NCBI RefSeq assembly: GCF_052425735.1
Contig: NC_135770.1
Span: forward strand, 29,264,001-29,328,000
Length of the DNA: 64,000 nt
Source: Oculina patagonica
Lineage: Eukaryota
Direction: 5' to 3'
This document shows, piece after piece, positions 1 through 14,500 of the stretch. Under the pieces are notes generated by a model. That model was not told the DNA's origin. It ran no database searches and was given only the letters and a program-made list of their open reading frames with translations. Each line of letters begins with the position of its first letter. Positions within the stretch are counted from its first letter, which is position 1. Made by a program: the position numbers and the translations under genes.

Positions 1-1464
1 TGACACTGCAAATCCTGTCCTCTGATTGGTCAAATATACAATAGTACGATATACGATTACTGATTTGAAGTGCGGTTTTGGTTTTTAAAAAAAAAAGATT
101 TTGGGTGTTTATTTCAAACGATATTGCACAGCGGAAGACTCAAGACCTGGGCTTTTATATCATGTCATGAGAAGATTTGTTCTGGTAACGAAACAAAAGA
201 TACCGCGATAAAAATGCACTTAAAACAAAATAGTTGATTTGCTTTGCGATGGACGATATTGCCGCGATATGATAAATATTGACCTTCAGAAAGCCAATGC
301 AAAGTGACTGGATGTGATCCATGTTAAAAATATCAGTAAAGATAATTTTTTGTTGAATTTTTTTTTTTTTGCGCATTCAACCAAGACCACTTCACTTTTA
401 TTTGTTTTCTAGAAAATTTAAACGCTTTGATCTATCATTCAAGGATTTCGACCTTGTGTCATCCTAGAGATCAGGAGCCCCTTTTGATATCTTGTTGTTT
501 AATAATATAGTGCGCGAAAGTTTCTCGTGATTAATTAGATTTATAACACTTTTTCTGTACGCGTTGGCAAAGAGAGCAGAACGTTTTACACCGCATTGTG
601 AAATTTCATTCCCCCCCCCGGCGTTGAAACAAAAAATACAATGATACTATCACAATGAAACAAAAAGATTGAGGTTTTTCAGTAATTTAAGATAATTGAA
701 TTAATATCATTACCCCCTAACAACTGTATTAGCTGTAGAAACATTGCAGCAAACTACTATTCACGGCGCGAATTTCAAGAATTTCGTTACAATTATGCTA
801 ACCAAAATTGTCTTAAACGTCAAAACTCGACTGGTACTGTTTGCTTTTCCAAGTCGTATTTGGTTCGCCTGAGTAAATTTCACGCATTGAATAACAACTT
901 CCAAAATCTGTTCATTTCAAGGCAGCGTTGTTCCAATGATGTTTTTTAATTTAACAAAGCACAGCAAGAAAAAAAAGATCTAGGCATTGTCGTTGTATTT
1001 TAGGGCGGATTATTTATTAAGGTTGTAAAGAAGCTTCGGCGGAAAATCATGCGTTTCAGCATATTTAGTTGTGTATTTTGACCGTCATTTGTGTTTTTGA
1101 ATAATGACATACAGAATGGATGATATTGAAATAGATTTGTGAAGAATTTAAATGAAAAACACCAAATTTGAATATTCCGCTCGAATTCTGTTACGATTAC
1201 ACGGTTTAGTTCTAAGCGAATTGTGGAGTTTATAACAGCGATTTCTCCGAAATGTTTATTTATTCAGACCCCGATTTTCATTCGACATTTGAAACTAAAT
1301 AATACCGAATCGAACCTCGAGCTGGTAGAAATTGGAAGCTTGCAAAGAATAATTATATTTGGCCGAGGTCATTAGCGGTGTCTCATATTTCATTGTCGAC
1401 ACGCCTTATCATAGCACACAATTTACAATTTTGAAATTATTTCTCGTGTAGTGTGCGTACATAC

Positions 1465-1573
1465 CTTCAAATTCTTTGGCTGGTGTCGATCCGTCAGGAA
1501 TAGATCTCTTCGGTGAAGAGGAAAGTGCGGTTTGAAAAGCGAATAATGTTATGACATAGATCATGTACCACAT
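1465..1573 (-). CDS. Candidate first coding exon of a secreted protein; gene would continue leftwards
   Basis: ATG at 1573 gives MWYMIYVITLFAFQTALSSSPKRSIPDGSTPAKEFE (signal-peptide-like) ending at a strong donor AG|GTATGT. Promoter-like motifs lie 100-180 bp upstream. No downstream exon identified. Confidence 0.4.
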
Positions 1574-1676
1574 TTTAAAATAACAGTCGCCTTTTAAACA
1601 TTAACAGCAAGTAATTAAACCAGAAGCACATTCGGCTCCTCAATAAACACGAACAAAAAGTCAATCAATCGAGACA

Positions 1677-1753
1677 GTCACGTGATATGACAATGCAATC
1701 GACCGGAAGTGAGTAGACAATCGAAATATCAGGGTCGTCCGCCAAGAACCAAT
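1677..1753. promoter_or_regulatory. Promoter-like cluster: E-box/CLEAR-like GTCACGTGAT, ETS ACCGGAAGTG, CCAAT
   Basis: Motifs at 1677-1686, 1702-1711 and about 1749-1753, directly upstream of the candidate exon. Confidence 0.4.
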
Positions 1754-2214
1754 AAAAATCAGGGCTGTGATTTAAAAATAAACCTCGTTAAAACCTTTTT
1801 TTCATAAAAAGTTCTGTTATCTTACTGCCTGGATTAAACCTGACACGTTGTTTCGAGAAGTTGTTTGTTGAAAGGCCGTGACTATCTACATGATTTAACG
1901 GAAATTAAAATATTCCCGTCCCCAAAGCCCATTTCGTTTCTCTTTGCAGGCAGGGCCTTGGCACGAGAAACGTAGGGCTCTGGAGACACAAGGTATTCCG
2001 TTCCTAGATTCTAGGACTACCGGCCTTTATGCATGCAGTCATGAAAGTTTTAAAATAATGTATGGGAGCCGTTGCATATTTTACTTCCGTTTAAGTTCCA
2101 AACAGCCGATCAAAAAAATTCGAATTAATTCAAAAATCCTATGTCCCCAGAGTCCTTCGTTTCTCGTGCCATATATCGGGAGGATTTTACGTTCGGTCAG
2201 CTAAATTCTCATCG

Positions 2215-2640
2215 TAATATCGGGAATATCGTTATATCGAAGATCGTTATATCGGGGTTCCTTCCCTACATTACTGTAACTTTTCGGGACATAGAATACT
2301 CATCGTTATATCGGGAATATCGTTATATCGAGGATCGTTTTTCGGGGTCACTGTATATACCACACAATTAATATCTAGCAGACTAAAACATCACTTTCGG
2401 TAGCTGCTCGAGGTAAATAGTACTTTGCTATCACCTCCGAGTTAACCAATCAGCGCGCGCGAAAAGCACTACAGTCAACTCTCTCTTAACGGACACCTCT
2501 ATAAGACGGACACCTCCATAAGAGACAGTCATAAGACGGACACCTGGTGACGTTCCCTGCCGTTATTCAGTCGTTTACTGTAACCAAACTCCCTATAAGA
2601 CGGACAACGGACACTTTGAAATCAGTTAACGGACACTCGA
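2215..2640. mobile_element. Fragments of Tc1/mariner (pogo/Tigger)-type MITEs
   Basis: One end reads ...CACTG|TA with CGTTATATCG subrepeats (to about 2354). A second start reads TA|CAGTCAACTCTCTC with ACGGACACC subrepeats (from 2472). Partner ends not found. Confidence 0.5.
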
Positions 2641-4831
2641 GAAGTGTTTTTTATCATGTTTTATTAGTGAAAATACTTCCAAACTTCGTATCGACCTAAA
2701 GCAAATTAAAAGTAGTCAGCGCCCAAGGATAGTGAATCACGCTTAATGGACTTCTCGCTACGGTATGGAGACAAAGAGGTCGCCACACAGAGGAGAAGCC
2801 AATTGCTTTACAAGCATACGGTCAAGGAAAGAAAGGTGTGCAAGCAAAGAGCAAAAGAATACTGGTGTATGTTACCCGACCCGGAGCGGACACCCCAGAG
2901 GAAGCGGACCGGCCGAAGGTGCCGATGAGAGGACTGTATATTTGTGGGTATACTAAAACTAGCTATAAGATACCCGCCCGGTTCAAGTAGTTGTACTGTA
3001 ATAAAAGCAAGCTGTGCACCCCTTGGGAGTCCCAGGGGTGGGTTACAGGGGAGTTTCGAACCCCCGTCCCCCCTTTCGAGTTTCAAATCTTGTAAATAAT
3101 GAGGTTTGACAAAAATCAAGAAAAGGGCTGAGAGTGACATACGTACGTTCTGAACGGCGTTCTGTACGTGCGTTCTGTACGTGCGTTCTGAACGGCTGTA
3201 TAATGAACATTCTTGTGAGGGGTTCCGCCATCGGACGTGATGGACTTCTCTCTTAGAAAGGCTGAGGACGGACGCCCCTGCTTGGGAAAACCTGGAAAAA
3301 ACCCTTCATCCCGCAACACGAAACGCGTTTCACAACCTTACTACGAAAAAAAAATCTTTATTCATTTTTCAAATTGAATTGAAGTAAATAAAAAAATTGC
3401 AAACAATTCCTACATTGGTGATTACGTTACATGTTTCAAATAATATTGTTGCTGGCACTCAATACGTGTTCGCGAATAAATAAAAATTACACATTTACAT
3501 GTATGATACACATTTATAATGTAAAGCAAATTAATAGGGTTCGTATATGCACAGATTAAATTTCTGATTTACAGACTAGACACCACCAGACTACCCTGGG
3601 TACCAGAGGATTTTTTCTCGCGCGCGGCAGAATAAATCGCTTTGGAGGCCAAAGGCCGTCGCTACGACTTGCGAAGCCGGTAACCACGCACAAGAACCCC
3701 CTGGCAAAAAGGGTTCCACCAGACTCAATCGACATAGAGTGAAAACAAACCGCCAGTTAGAACGTTAGTAGGCTGGCATCTTTGATTCAGATCATTGGCA
3801 AAAAATTATATGAAACCCTTTTCGATCTGACCTGGAGAACCATTCAATTAGATCACATTATTTTCTTTTTACAAAATGATTTCCAAAAACCTGTGGAACC
3901 CTGTGTGCAGTACTAGTTTAATTACAAAAAAGGTCGATTGTTTATGTATTGCTAGCGAAACATACTGACCCGAAAGATTTCGGGAAGAAATTGTCACCTG
4001 AAGTGTACAGGAATCAGTTTTTTTTTCGCAGACAAAGGTAGTTTCTGCGACAGAAAGGAAACTAACAAATATTTCCACGAAAATGGCGCACTTCAAGACA
4101 CAGACGCGCAAATCGATATTTTAAAGATAAGGTACCTTGTTCAAATTTGAGAATAACTGACTTGAAGTTGATATCTTCTTGACAGCCTAACAGATATCTT
4201 CCCTAGTTATAACCACCCCTCCTCATAAGTCATTCACTGCTAAAAATTCCGAAATTTTACAATTTTTGAACAATTATATAAAGGTGAACATTTATACTTG
4301 ATACAAAAACTCTTTTTCTTCATATAAGTGATCCCCATGGCCGCCTTTTTTCCAGCGACCTAATTGCCGACTAGACTTCTTCCGGGTTTAATTTTCCCGC
4401 AAAATTTTGTTTTCCCGTATAAGTTGCAACTAAAGTAATCGCTATGGCCAATTACACAAGACAGACAATCTAGTGAACCAATCAAAACTCGAAGTTAATA
4501 CATGTAGCCAGCGCGAAGCGCGGAAAAACGTGCGCGAGCATGTCACGATTGGTTTTGGTTTCACTTCTGATTGGTTAAGAAAGTGAAGCGAGTTTTTTTA
4601 AACAAAAACTAAGCGTAGTAAAGCAAACCCATAGCAGATGCGATTCACTTTCGACACTGAAGTGAAAATAGCTCTGATAGACCATTTCAGTTCTTGTTAG
4701 TATGCCAATTTAGTTTTTACTCATGAATTGCTTTTTGCCCGCCTAAAAAATAAAAATAAATAACCCGCCATAGTAAATAGCGAATCGTCAAGTAAAAACG
4801 ATGCAAATATAAAATAAAGGACACTGGCTAA

Positions 4832-5162
4832 AGGCCCGGCCAAACGCACGCACTTCACGCAACATATCCCAACATTGTTGGGTCATGATGTGAGTGTTGG
4901 AGAGGGCGCCCCGCACACATCGCAACATTGTTGTGCACAGTTGACGCGTTTGGCCACCGGCGATGGTTGGATGACGATCGACTAGGCGAGCTCCAGCGCA
5001 ACAGTGCCGAACGGCCACGAGACAACATCAGCAACACCAAAAATGTTGCGAGAGTGGGAGAAATTGACCATCAACTCGGTCCAACACACCACAGGGGGGG
5101 CCACGAGCACGCGGCGCAACAATGTTGGGAGGCGGAAATGTTGGGTGCGTTTGGCCGGGCCT
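4832..5162. mobile_element. PIF/Harbinger-type MITE
   Basis: TIR AGGCCCGGCCAAACGCA...TGCGTTTGGCCGGGCCT with 3-bp TSD TAA on both sides; internal CAACA/TGTTG subrepeats. Confidence 0.8.
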
Positions 5163-5562
5163 TAACTCGTGGACCGAGCGAAAGTGGAACTACAATGTAT
5201 GTGTGTTTGTTTTACAACTGTAATCGATTTGCTCCAAGGGAAACGAAGATTGGTTCGAGATTTCTAGGGTAGATTTGTAGAGTTCAATTGAGTTAAGGAA
5301 AACGAAATTTGTTCGAGCTTGGAGGTTGTGTGCGTGGGTTCAAAAACTCGGGATCCCACTTTATATTCACAATACAGTTTACACATCACCCCGGAACATC
5401 ACCCTGGCAAATTGTCGAGTGATGATAATCACATGGTCATCAGACCTCGCGTCCACGAAGTAAGCACTGTGTCAGCCTTGTTTTGCAGTTCTACACAATC
5501 GTACACAGTGAGGGAAAACCTACCAATACTTAAGCTATTTAGATAATTAATTCAATTCAATT

Positions 5563-8500
5563 TCAATTCTTCATTATCTTTCTGGTCCAAGCTTCTGGTC
5601 CATGGATGTCTTTAATCAACATCATTTCGTCAACAACTTGTCCTCCCTTGGAAAAAAAAGGCAAAATCAGTTTATTTTTCGCCATGAGGATTGAATCTTA
5701 ATCTGTTTCCTTAAAAAGGAGACTAATCATATTGCCATACGATTTGCGCGTTTTTCAAAAATTTGGATGGTCAAATTTAAAACCTTTTTAAGACAGCAAA
5801 CAAACTGAAAATAAAAACGTTACTCTGGTTTAAAAATGTTGAAAACGTTCGTAAGAATTTCGTAAAAGTCCCAACGTTTCGGCTAAAACTTCAGCCTTCC
5901 TGAAAGGGGAAAGTGAGCTCGGAGCTCCGATTTGCATAGTACAAGAACATATTTTTTACAAATTCCTTGTTACTCCCCCCCTGATGAAGGCTGAAGTTTT
6001 AGCCGAAACGTTGGGACCTTTACGAAATTTTTACGAACATTTTCAACATTTTTAAACAAGAGCAACGTTTGTATTTTCAATCATGAATCAACCACCTGGT
6101 TACAGGACTATTTTTAAAAGCAAACAAACTTTCAGGGCTGTTTCATTCGTTAGACTTACCAGATCAACACTAACTTGCTCCATGTAAATATGCGTCTTGT
6201 TGTGGATGGTCATTCGTGTGTATCCATAATCTACTGTGCGATAAGCTGTCCAAGGAGGGGAGTCTTTCTTAAATGGGTCATGCTTTGAATAACATCCCTT
6301 AAAACAAACAAAAAAAACAAGCATCACTCACACTAGCAGAAATAGTTTGATGCCTTAAACTTCTAAAATATTCTAGGAAAAACTCTTAAAATGAACATTA
6401 TTGACTCGTGCAGTCTGTCAAGAAATGATCGCCCGCGTTTGTTTCGATGGAGCAGATACTCAGCAATCAAACAGGCGGCGCAAGCACAATCTTGCCAGAA
6501 TTGTTGCCCGGAAATAACAAGAAATGTTTCAAATCTTCAGAATTAGATTGCTTAACTTTTGAGAAATTAGTGAGTCGCACAGTCGTCCGAGGCGATTAAA
6601 ACGTGGTTTAGGCAACAATTTTTCAGTATTTTTACTCATAACCTCTAACTTTATTATCTCGTATTCTGGATTGCCCCTGTATTTTATGTAACGTTTTCTT
6701 ACAGATTTCTTTCACATTATGCTTCAAAATGTTACAAAATCCAAGTTAATGATAACCGAAGGTGGGGGTGAATTCTGCGTTTGACTGCTGTGTGAAAATA
6801 TAAATGTTGATAACATACCGCTGACCCAGTAATGATATGAACTGGGGCGCAAGGGTTGGTGTATGGCTCTTCCCAAGATCCATTGCAAACCTGCAACAAA
6901 CGAAATGAATGACGTGAATTTTATAATGAATGTCATTAAACCGTGAACTTACAGGATGGGCTAATTTTAATATCTTACCTCCAAGTTGTACACGGGCCAC
7001 AGTCGTTCATAAGAGTGTTCATGAGCCTCCAACATCAGATCCACACCTTAAAAGATAAATAAATATTATGTCATCACTTGTACATACACATATATACACG
7101 TATATAGTGTATCCCTGAGGCACATAATTAATTATGTATATTAGTGAACTGGACTCACTACGCTCAGGTATGTGCACTTGCTCATCCCAGACGAGGAACA
7201 CACCAGCCAGCAGTGGACAGCGCGTCCTCTTGGGACCGCAGCACTGCGTGAGGGGTGGGGGAGAAAAGTTCTTATTTCTCCCACCTCAGTGATCCAACAC
7301 TGTGGTACACAGGGGACGGAGACGAGCGCACCAGTAGCTTAGATACCGTTGAGTTGTAGATTTTTCCAACGTGCGGCGAGAAGGGGGTGAGACGGGTTGA
7401 GTTCAAAGCATTGCGTGACAATCCTTACAGGATTGCATATAATCTTTAAGTTACAGGAAGTAATATGGGGGTCGCCCCCAAGGCATATTATAGGAGCCCC
7501 CTAGGGAATTCTTAAGTGGCCTTCACACGACAAACTTAAGTTGGCAAACTCATGTTTGCAAACTCAAGTTTGTGTGTGTGAACAACACAACAACAGTTGG
7601 CAAACAAGTTGGCAAACTGTTGGTGAGAATAAAGACAAGTTCTATTTTGTTGCCAACAGTTGGCCAACTTGTTTGCCGTTGTTGTGTCGTTCACACACAC
7701 ACCAACTTGAGTTTGCCAACACGAGATGGCCAGTAGTTTGTCGTGTGAGGGCCGCTTTGTAGAGACTACATTATATGGGAGTCCCCATGGGTATTTATTA
7801 AGGTACAGTGGAGCACCCAAGGCATATTATTTTTTTTTTGAAGTGATGACTATAATGTCGGCATGCGAGTTGGATGTCCGGATTACAACCTCGTTCCCAG
7901 GGTCCTCTCCTTCCATTCACTGGATCTTTTCAAACTTTACAGTTTTGTGAAGAACTGGTTTATTGGCAGTAGTATCAGTAGTACCCTTACCAAAGAAAAA
8001 ATATGGGAATGATATGGCAAAGGCTGGGCCATATCTGACCCATATGTGGAAATGATATGGGAAGGTAAGAGGGTGGTATGGATATGATATGGGCGCTATT
8101 TTTGCCAAATTTCAAGCTATGGTAAATGTATGGGAAAAAAAGTCTATGCTTTCCATAATATGGTGGAGCTATGGGAGTAATATACCCATATGAATTCCAT
8201 AGATATGAGAAATTTGCTTCCTCTACTTCATCTATGGAAATGATATGGGATGTTCACATTGTAATGCTCCATAGGTTACCCATAGGTTTTCCATTTGAAA
8301 ATGATATGGGATTTCTATGGGGCTTATAAGTCTTTGTGATATTTTATGAAGTTATAATTCTTATTACCCATGCACTTGCTATGGGAATTCTATGGGGTGA
8401 AAATATTCTTGTGATTAGAAATACCTGTAATCAGAAGTTCAGAAAAAAACATTTAAAACAGCATCTCATTATACCAGGTAATTATTTCACTTTGCTTACA

Positions 8501-11500
8501 TGCAAAATATGAGTTTCTCTGGGGATGGACTTGAGGAAATCTGAAACAAGAATTTTAAGGGGACACACCATGAACACTTAATGGTTGTCCTGAAAATATC
8601 TTAATTCTGTAACTGCAATTTCTGTGAATACAGGGCTTATTTATGATGACCACTAATCTGAACACACATCAATGATAGGTGAATATTGTTATTTTATTTG
8701 GGATAACAAAAACAAGAAAGGTGTGAGGTTCAAACATTTTACACCACTATATATATAGCTAGGAGGCTATAAGAAAGTAAATATTCCACAGATCCCAACA
8801 ATTTAATTATTTTGTTTTAGTTATGTAATATTAAAAATTACTTAACCAGCACAAAGTTGTCAAAGTCTCAAAGGACCAGACTCAATAAAATAACTTTACT
8901 GATCCAAATAAACTTTGTCTGTTCAATCAATCCTTTTCAAAATGATTTGGGAAATGTGCTGCATATCCGATGCCACTATCTGAAAACTTCATGTAAATAC
9001 AAACGTCAATGATGTCCTCAAGCAGAACTATATCAAATCTGTTCCTGTTTGGATGTTGGAGGGAAACAATGTGATGAATTGGGCTACCCAGTACTTCATG
9101 TGATGCACAGATATGTTGGTCAGACTTTGACATGGGAACAATGACAGCACCACAGGTCTTTGCTGGATCTTGTGGAACCACAAAGAATTCTTCAATTTGC
9201 CCATAGCTTGTGTTTCCTTCTTTCTGGTAGGCAACAGTGAAGCTGTTTCTTCGCGAAACTCTCTTGTACATTCTGGAATGGAACACTGCATCTCCATATT
9301 GCACTCGCTTAAAAAATGTGACATCAGAAATGGATTCTACTCTAAGGAACAACAGAAGGTCATCCTCAAATGGCATATCAGGTTTGCCTTTCCTTAAGGC
9401 ACCAATGGCATAGAACTCGTCTTTGAGATGTGTTCTGTTGGTTCTGAAAAAGCAGAAACAATAATAGTAGTATGATTATATTTGTTAGCAATGGATTTCT
9501 TAATGAAGATGTGTATATATATACAAAAATGTTGTTTAGTTGAGCCAGGTTGAGTACCTGTACATGTGTTTTTGACGAAACCTTGACGCATGAAAAAAGG
9601 GAAACCATAAATTAAAATGCCACCCTTATACATGTACTTACTGGGAAATAGGAAAAAAGCAGTTGTCATCTGCGACAGAATTATCAATATATTAAGTCGG
9701 GTTGCCTAAATCACGCTCTTAAAGCTCTCAAAAGAAATATTAGTGAGCTTACCAATGCTGTGTACCCAGAACACTATTTGGTTTTGTCATTTATTGTTCT
9801 TGCTTTTCACAGGGTAAACATTTTGATGTAAACAACAAGTGCAGTAACGTTGACAGCCTCTTACATATTTGTGGTACAATTATTAACTATAACGTTGAAT
9901 AAGAAGGATTGCTTCTTTTGGAACTTCACAGGATGTTTCAAAAAAAGACTTGCAAACCTGTCAGAATGCCCACATAGTCGCAACACCATATCCTTAGCAT
10001 TTCCTGGAGGCATGTCATCTATCAGGTCAGGGAGGCACTGATGGCTTGTGACAGCTGTCATTATCTTCAAGTAAACAAAAACATAAAATTCAGTTACATT
10101 TTTGCTTAAAGTTTCCTTACTATTTCAAATCTTACTTTCATAACATCTTCACTCAATTACTTATTTTATTTTTCCACTTTCACTAGGCAACACGTACATA
10201 AGCAATGATTTTTGTGTTGACTCTGCAACATCCACATACCTGATTTGCAATGTTTTGTGTTCCATGGAAATAATTTCCAATGTCCCCATTCCAGTCTTCA
10301 AACACAAAAAGTGAACTGGACCAGAGGGGCCCATGATCAATTACATTTTCCTTCAAATGAAGTAGCATATGGTGGTTCATAAGCACATACCTTGCACCTG
10401 TGGAGTAAGAATGGATATTTATTTTTGCCTATTTTTAAATTTTGCTTACAGACTATATAGCAGAAAAATGAATCACAGTATATATAGCTGAATGTATGTA
10501 ATACAGTTACCAACTGCATTTAAATTAAAGCTATGATTTTGGGTTCATGCTGATCAAGCTCATGTTGACTGGGTGCCTAGGAATCAGCCTGGGAAATGTT
10601 CTTAAGCTAGTCCCTTTTCTCACTAGTTTGATACCTATAAAAACACTTGGTTGGCTTTTATCTGTCCTAGATCAATGTTCAAGGTCTAGTTCTACAGGTA
10701 ATAGAAAGTTACTAACCATAGTATGCATCAAACATTTCAACGAAGTGCATCAAAAACTTCCCAGCCATCTCTAGTTGCTGAGGTGAAATGGATCTGCCTG
10801 ACAGTAGAATGATTCCACCAACCAGCAAAGTATAGTGCTGAAAATACTCCTCGTTAAGAATACCTTTCATACATGGAAGTGAATAGTAAAAAAGCCAATT
10901 GCGGTATTCTGTTGCTGCAATTAGAAAAAAATAAAAAATAAATAAAATACACACTGTATATTGTATTCAACATTTTTGTCACTGCCATACCTGTTGGTAT
11001 AAGCAGTAAAGTAACATATAATTGTATACAAAAATATACAATCAGATGTATGAGCTCAAAGATAAGAACTTTTATGATCGATTCTTGCATTGTGTAACAT
11101 AATTTTATTAAGAATAAGTTTTAACAAGCATGGATATAACACCTGCATCCATCATTGGATGTTATGCTCATTCATTTTTACCTAATATGTAGCAACTGAC
11201 AGTGGATTATGTTTCATTCAAAAAATACCATATGCATTTTAAAGTACTGTGTGGTTTGTCAAAACTTCTGTTACTTTAAAGCACAAAAATATTTTTCTTT
11301 TTACCTTTCCAAAACTTCAGTTGATGTTGTATGCTCCTTGGGATTCTAGTTATTACACCAGGGGGCTTGATCTCTAGCAGGCGTTCATCTACTCTTTCAA
11401 CACTGTTTCCACAGTACCATCTCTGCCCACTATGCTTGGAATTAAACCATAGACAAACCAGCTGCTTCACTACTCCTAGAAACACGCAGTGCATTGCATC

Positions 11501-14500
11501 TATGCCAATACCCTTTACGATGTCGAAGCTTGGCAGTTTTAATAAAGGGCTGGGTGCCTTGAAGCCACAAATCTAAAAAAAAAAAAACAACCTCAAGTTG
11601 GGATATCTTTAATGAGGGGCTAACAAAAAAAGCCTTTTTGAGAAAAAGGGGCTTTTGACAGTCTTCAAAAATAATAAAAAAGGAATGGCATTTAATTACA
11701 CCATAACAAAAGTGATTTTATTAACATTCTGAGTTTTAAAACCTAACCCATTTTTTAGTACAAGCAATAATAAACTGTAAGCCAGATTTACTGTTGCATC
11801 AATTCAACTGATCACCAATAGATGGGTGTGGGTATGATGCCTGAGTCTATGAAGGAGCTGCCAGTAAGCTCGGATGGTAACTATGACAACCCTAAGAGCA
11901 GCAACCACCAGGCACCAACACACTGGCAAGGCAATGTGAGTAAAATGGCTAGACCTCCACAGGAGGTGTAAATTAACTGAAGCCCTGATGAAAAACCCTG
12001 ATACCACCCAAGATTAGGTAAGCAAATAGTTTAACTTGCCTAAATTTCAATTAGCCTTATTAGTCTTTTACTAAATAATAAGAGTAACCTACTGTCGAAT
12101 TTCTCTCAAGAGCTTCACAGGACTGAATCTTTACTTCTGCTGCAGTTCTTGATTTTGCATGACCTGAGGCAGTGTTGCGGAAGGGAAATGTCATCACATG
12201 ACCTCTTGCACTGGTCTTTATAATCTCACCAGGCTCGTTGCAATAGGAACAGCTATCATGACCGTTGTATGTGACTTGCTCTACAACACCAGCACGGGCA
12301 GGGAGATCAAAATGGCCAGAGAGTGCCAAGATTTTTGATGTTGCCTTCACTCCATCTGGAAGTTCAACCTCAATTCCTGTTATTTCAAGACGAATAATTA
12401 TGGGAAAAAATCAAAAAGGAATTAACTACATGATCAATTCAGGTTAACTGAAACTGTCTGCAATAATTGTTATTGCCCAAGACATGATCATCTTACAGCT
12501 TACCAGGTGAAGGGTAATCTCCCTCCCCCTAGAGTTATTTGATATTAAATTGGTGAGTTATATTTGATATTACATTGGTTTCCGTTAGATAATTTAAAGA
12601 ATGCATTCATCTTGTTGAAATAGTGGCACCAATCATATCATAAGTCAAATTCAATTTCTTGCCTTCTCTTAAATTCAAAGGCAGCTGTGATCAGAAAACA
12701 AATACTTCTGATTGTAACACTGATCAGTGCTTCTATTTTTGATAAGACCATTGCATTCTTAGAACCGATTCAAATTTTGAATAATCAATATTCATTTAAT
12801 AAGTACTTCAAGGGGGTACATGTATGTTTTGCTTGACACGACCGTGAGGCAAAAAAACAAATGAAAGTGTTTTAATTAATTTTCAATCAATTCAACTGCA
12901 TTACAACTTACCATGAATTTCTGTTTCTTGCAATGCATCAACAAATGGCTTGAAGAAAGTGGAAAAGAAAGGTTTTTCTTCCCCAAACCACAGGCCTCCA
13001 AATAATCGGAACTTACTTTTCCTCCTGCATGAAAACACAAGAAAACATTTTATGTAATTGATTCTTATATCTGCATCCAAATGTGGACATACACTGTATT
13101 TCTTTGAAGTTGTTTTCCTTTCAAAGGATTAATTAAAAGTATTTTCATCCTTGTTGGTCTGTTTACATTCATCTTTCATTGCATGTTATGGTAACTGTAA
13201 TTTGTTATACCGGGATGCATTATGCATTTGGGCTACTGATTGCATTCGTTATAACAAGGATTTCGTTGTTTTATAATGGTTTTGTTCAATTCATTTTACT
13301 GTATTTTGGCCGAGCTGAAGAATATTGTTTGTAAAACCAAGGACTTTGTTATGAAAAGGTTCCTTACAGTGTAAATGGAGGTTCCACTGTAACTATTCTA
13401 CTGTAAGTAAGTAATCAAAACTACAACGATTTTATGAATGTTAACTCTGACTTATTTACCTTAATGATGGGGGAAGCTCATTGACAAGGAGAAAGAGAGG
13501 CCAAACTCCAAACTGTGAAGATCGAAATATAGCAACGCCATCTGTATTCAGCTTTACAGAGAGGTTATATGGCTCTGACAGGACTCCACCTGGTCCACAT
13601 TTGCTTTGATAAAGAGAGCCATCATAGACATCTTCAATGTTTTCGGCAGCCCTTTTCACTCGTTGAAAACGGTACTGCAGGCCATTAACAAATTCTGGGT
13701 CTGAGGAATAAAAAATAAGCATTGCTTAGGCAAGAGAGGTGCAAAATAACGATGTAAATTGCTGCTGCAATGATATAAAATCAAAGGTTCTTCTAGCAAC
13801 CTCATGTTATTTTGACGAAGTGCCGTCCTTTTCAATTTTTTCCAAATAAACATTCAATAATGTAACAATCTCATTTCATTTTATTATTTGTTTTCCATTC
13901 GAGTTTGGGGTAAATTCACACCTTAGTTCTACCCCCAAATTTATGTGCAAGAGATAATGGGACAACTTAAGGGGAAAAGCAACAGCAGTAAGGGGATGGG
14001 AAAACATGTTTAATTTACATTTAATGCATAAATTTATTAGGATGGAGTATGGGAGAGTGAAATTTATGTCCATTCGTCTCCCACATAGCATATCATGAGA
14101 TAAAAATGAAAAATACCAGAAATAAAACCCTTGTAAAGGCCCATATGCATTTTTCTGCTAACAGCAACAACAAATTCCAGCTAAAAACCCTTCCTGCCCA
14201 CACCAAGGTCCCCACCCCACACCCAGATCACATCGTTTAAATTCATCCAATCAATACACTTACCATTGAAAAACTTTTTAAGTTGTTTTACGATTGGAAC
14301 TTCAATGAAGAATCTGCCAGCTTCCAGGATGCTTTTACCACAAATGCTGCAGGCTCTGTTTACCCGGTCAGAACGATCCTCAACTTTGCCATAATACGCA
14401 TTGCAGTAACCACAGAAGTAATGCTTGACAATGTCTCCCTTGGCTTGGCCCACAAATTCGAATAACTTTTTTACTGTTGTTCTACAGTTATTGGGTCGAG

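Noticed and set aside
2740-3340. Cluster of short ORFs in GC-richer sequence
   Set aside because: Looks like decayed repeat fragments with short tandem TTCTGTACGTGCG units; no coherent coding signal.
9556-9810. Extra small transposase exons suggested by splice-like signals
   Set aside because: Exon 8 splices in phase directly to the last exon, so they are not needed; they cannot be supported without RNA data.
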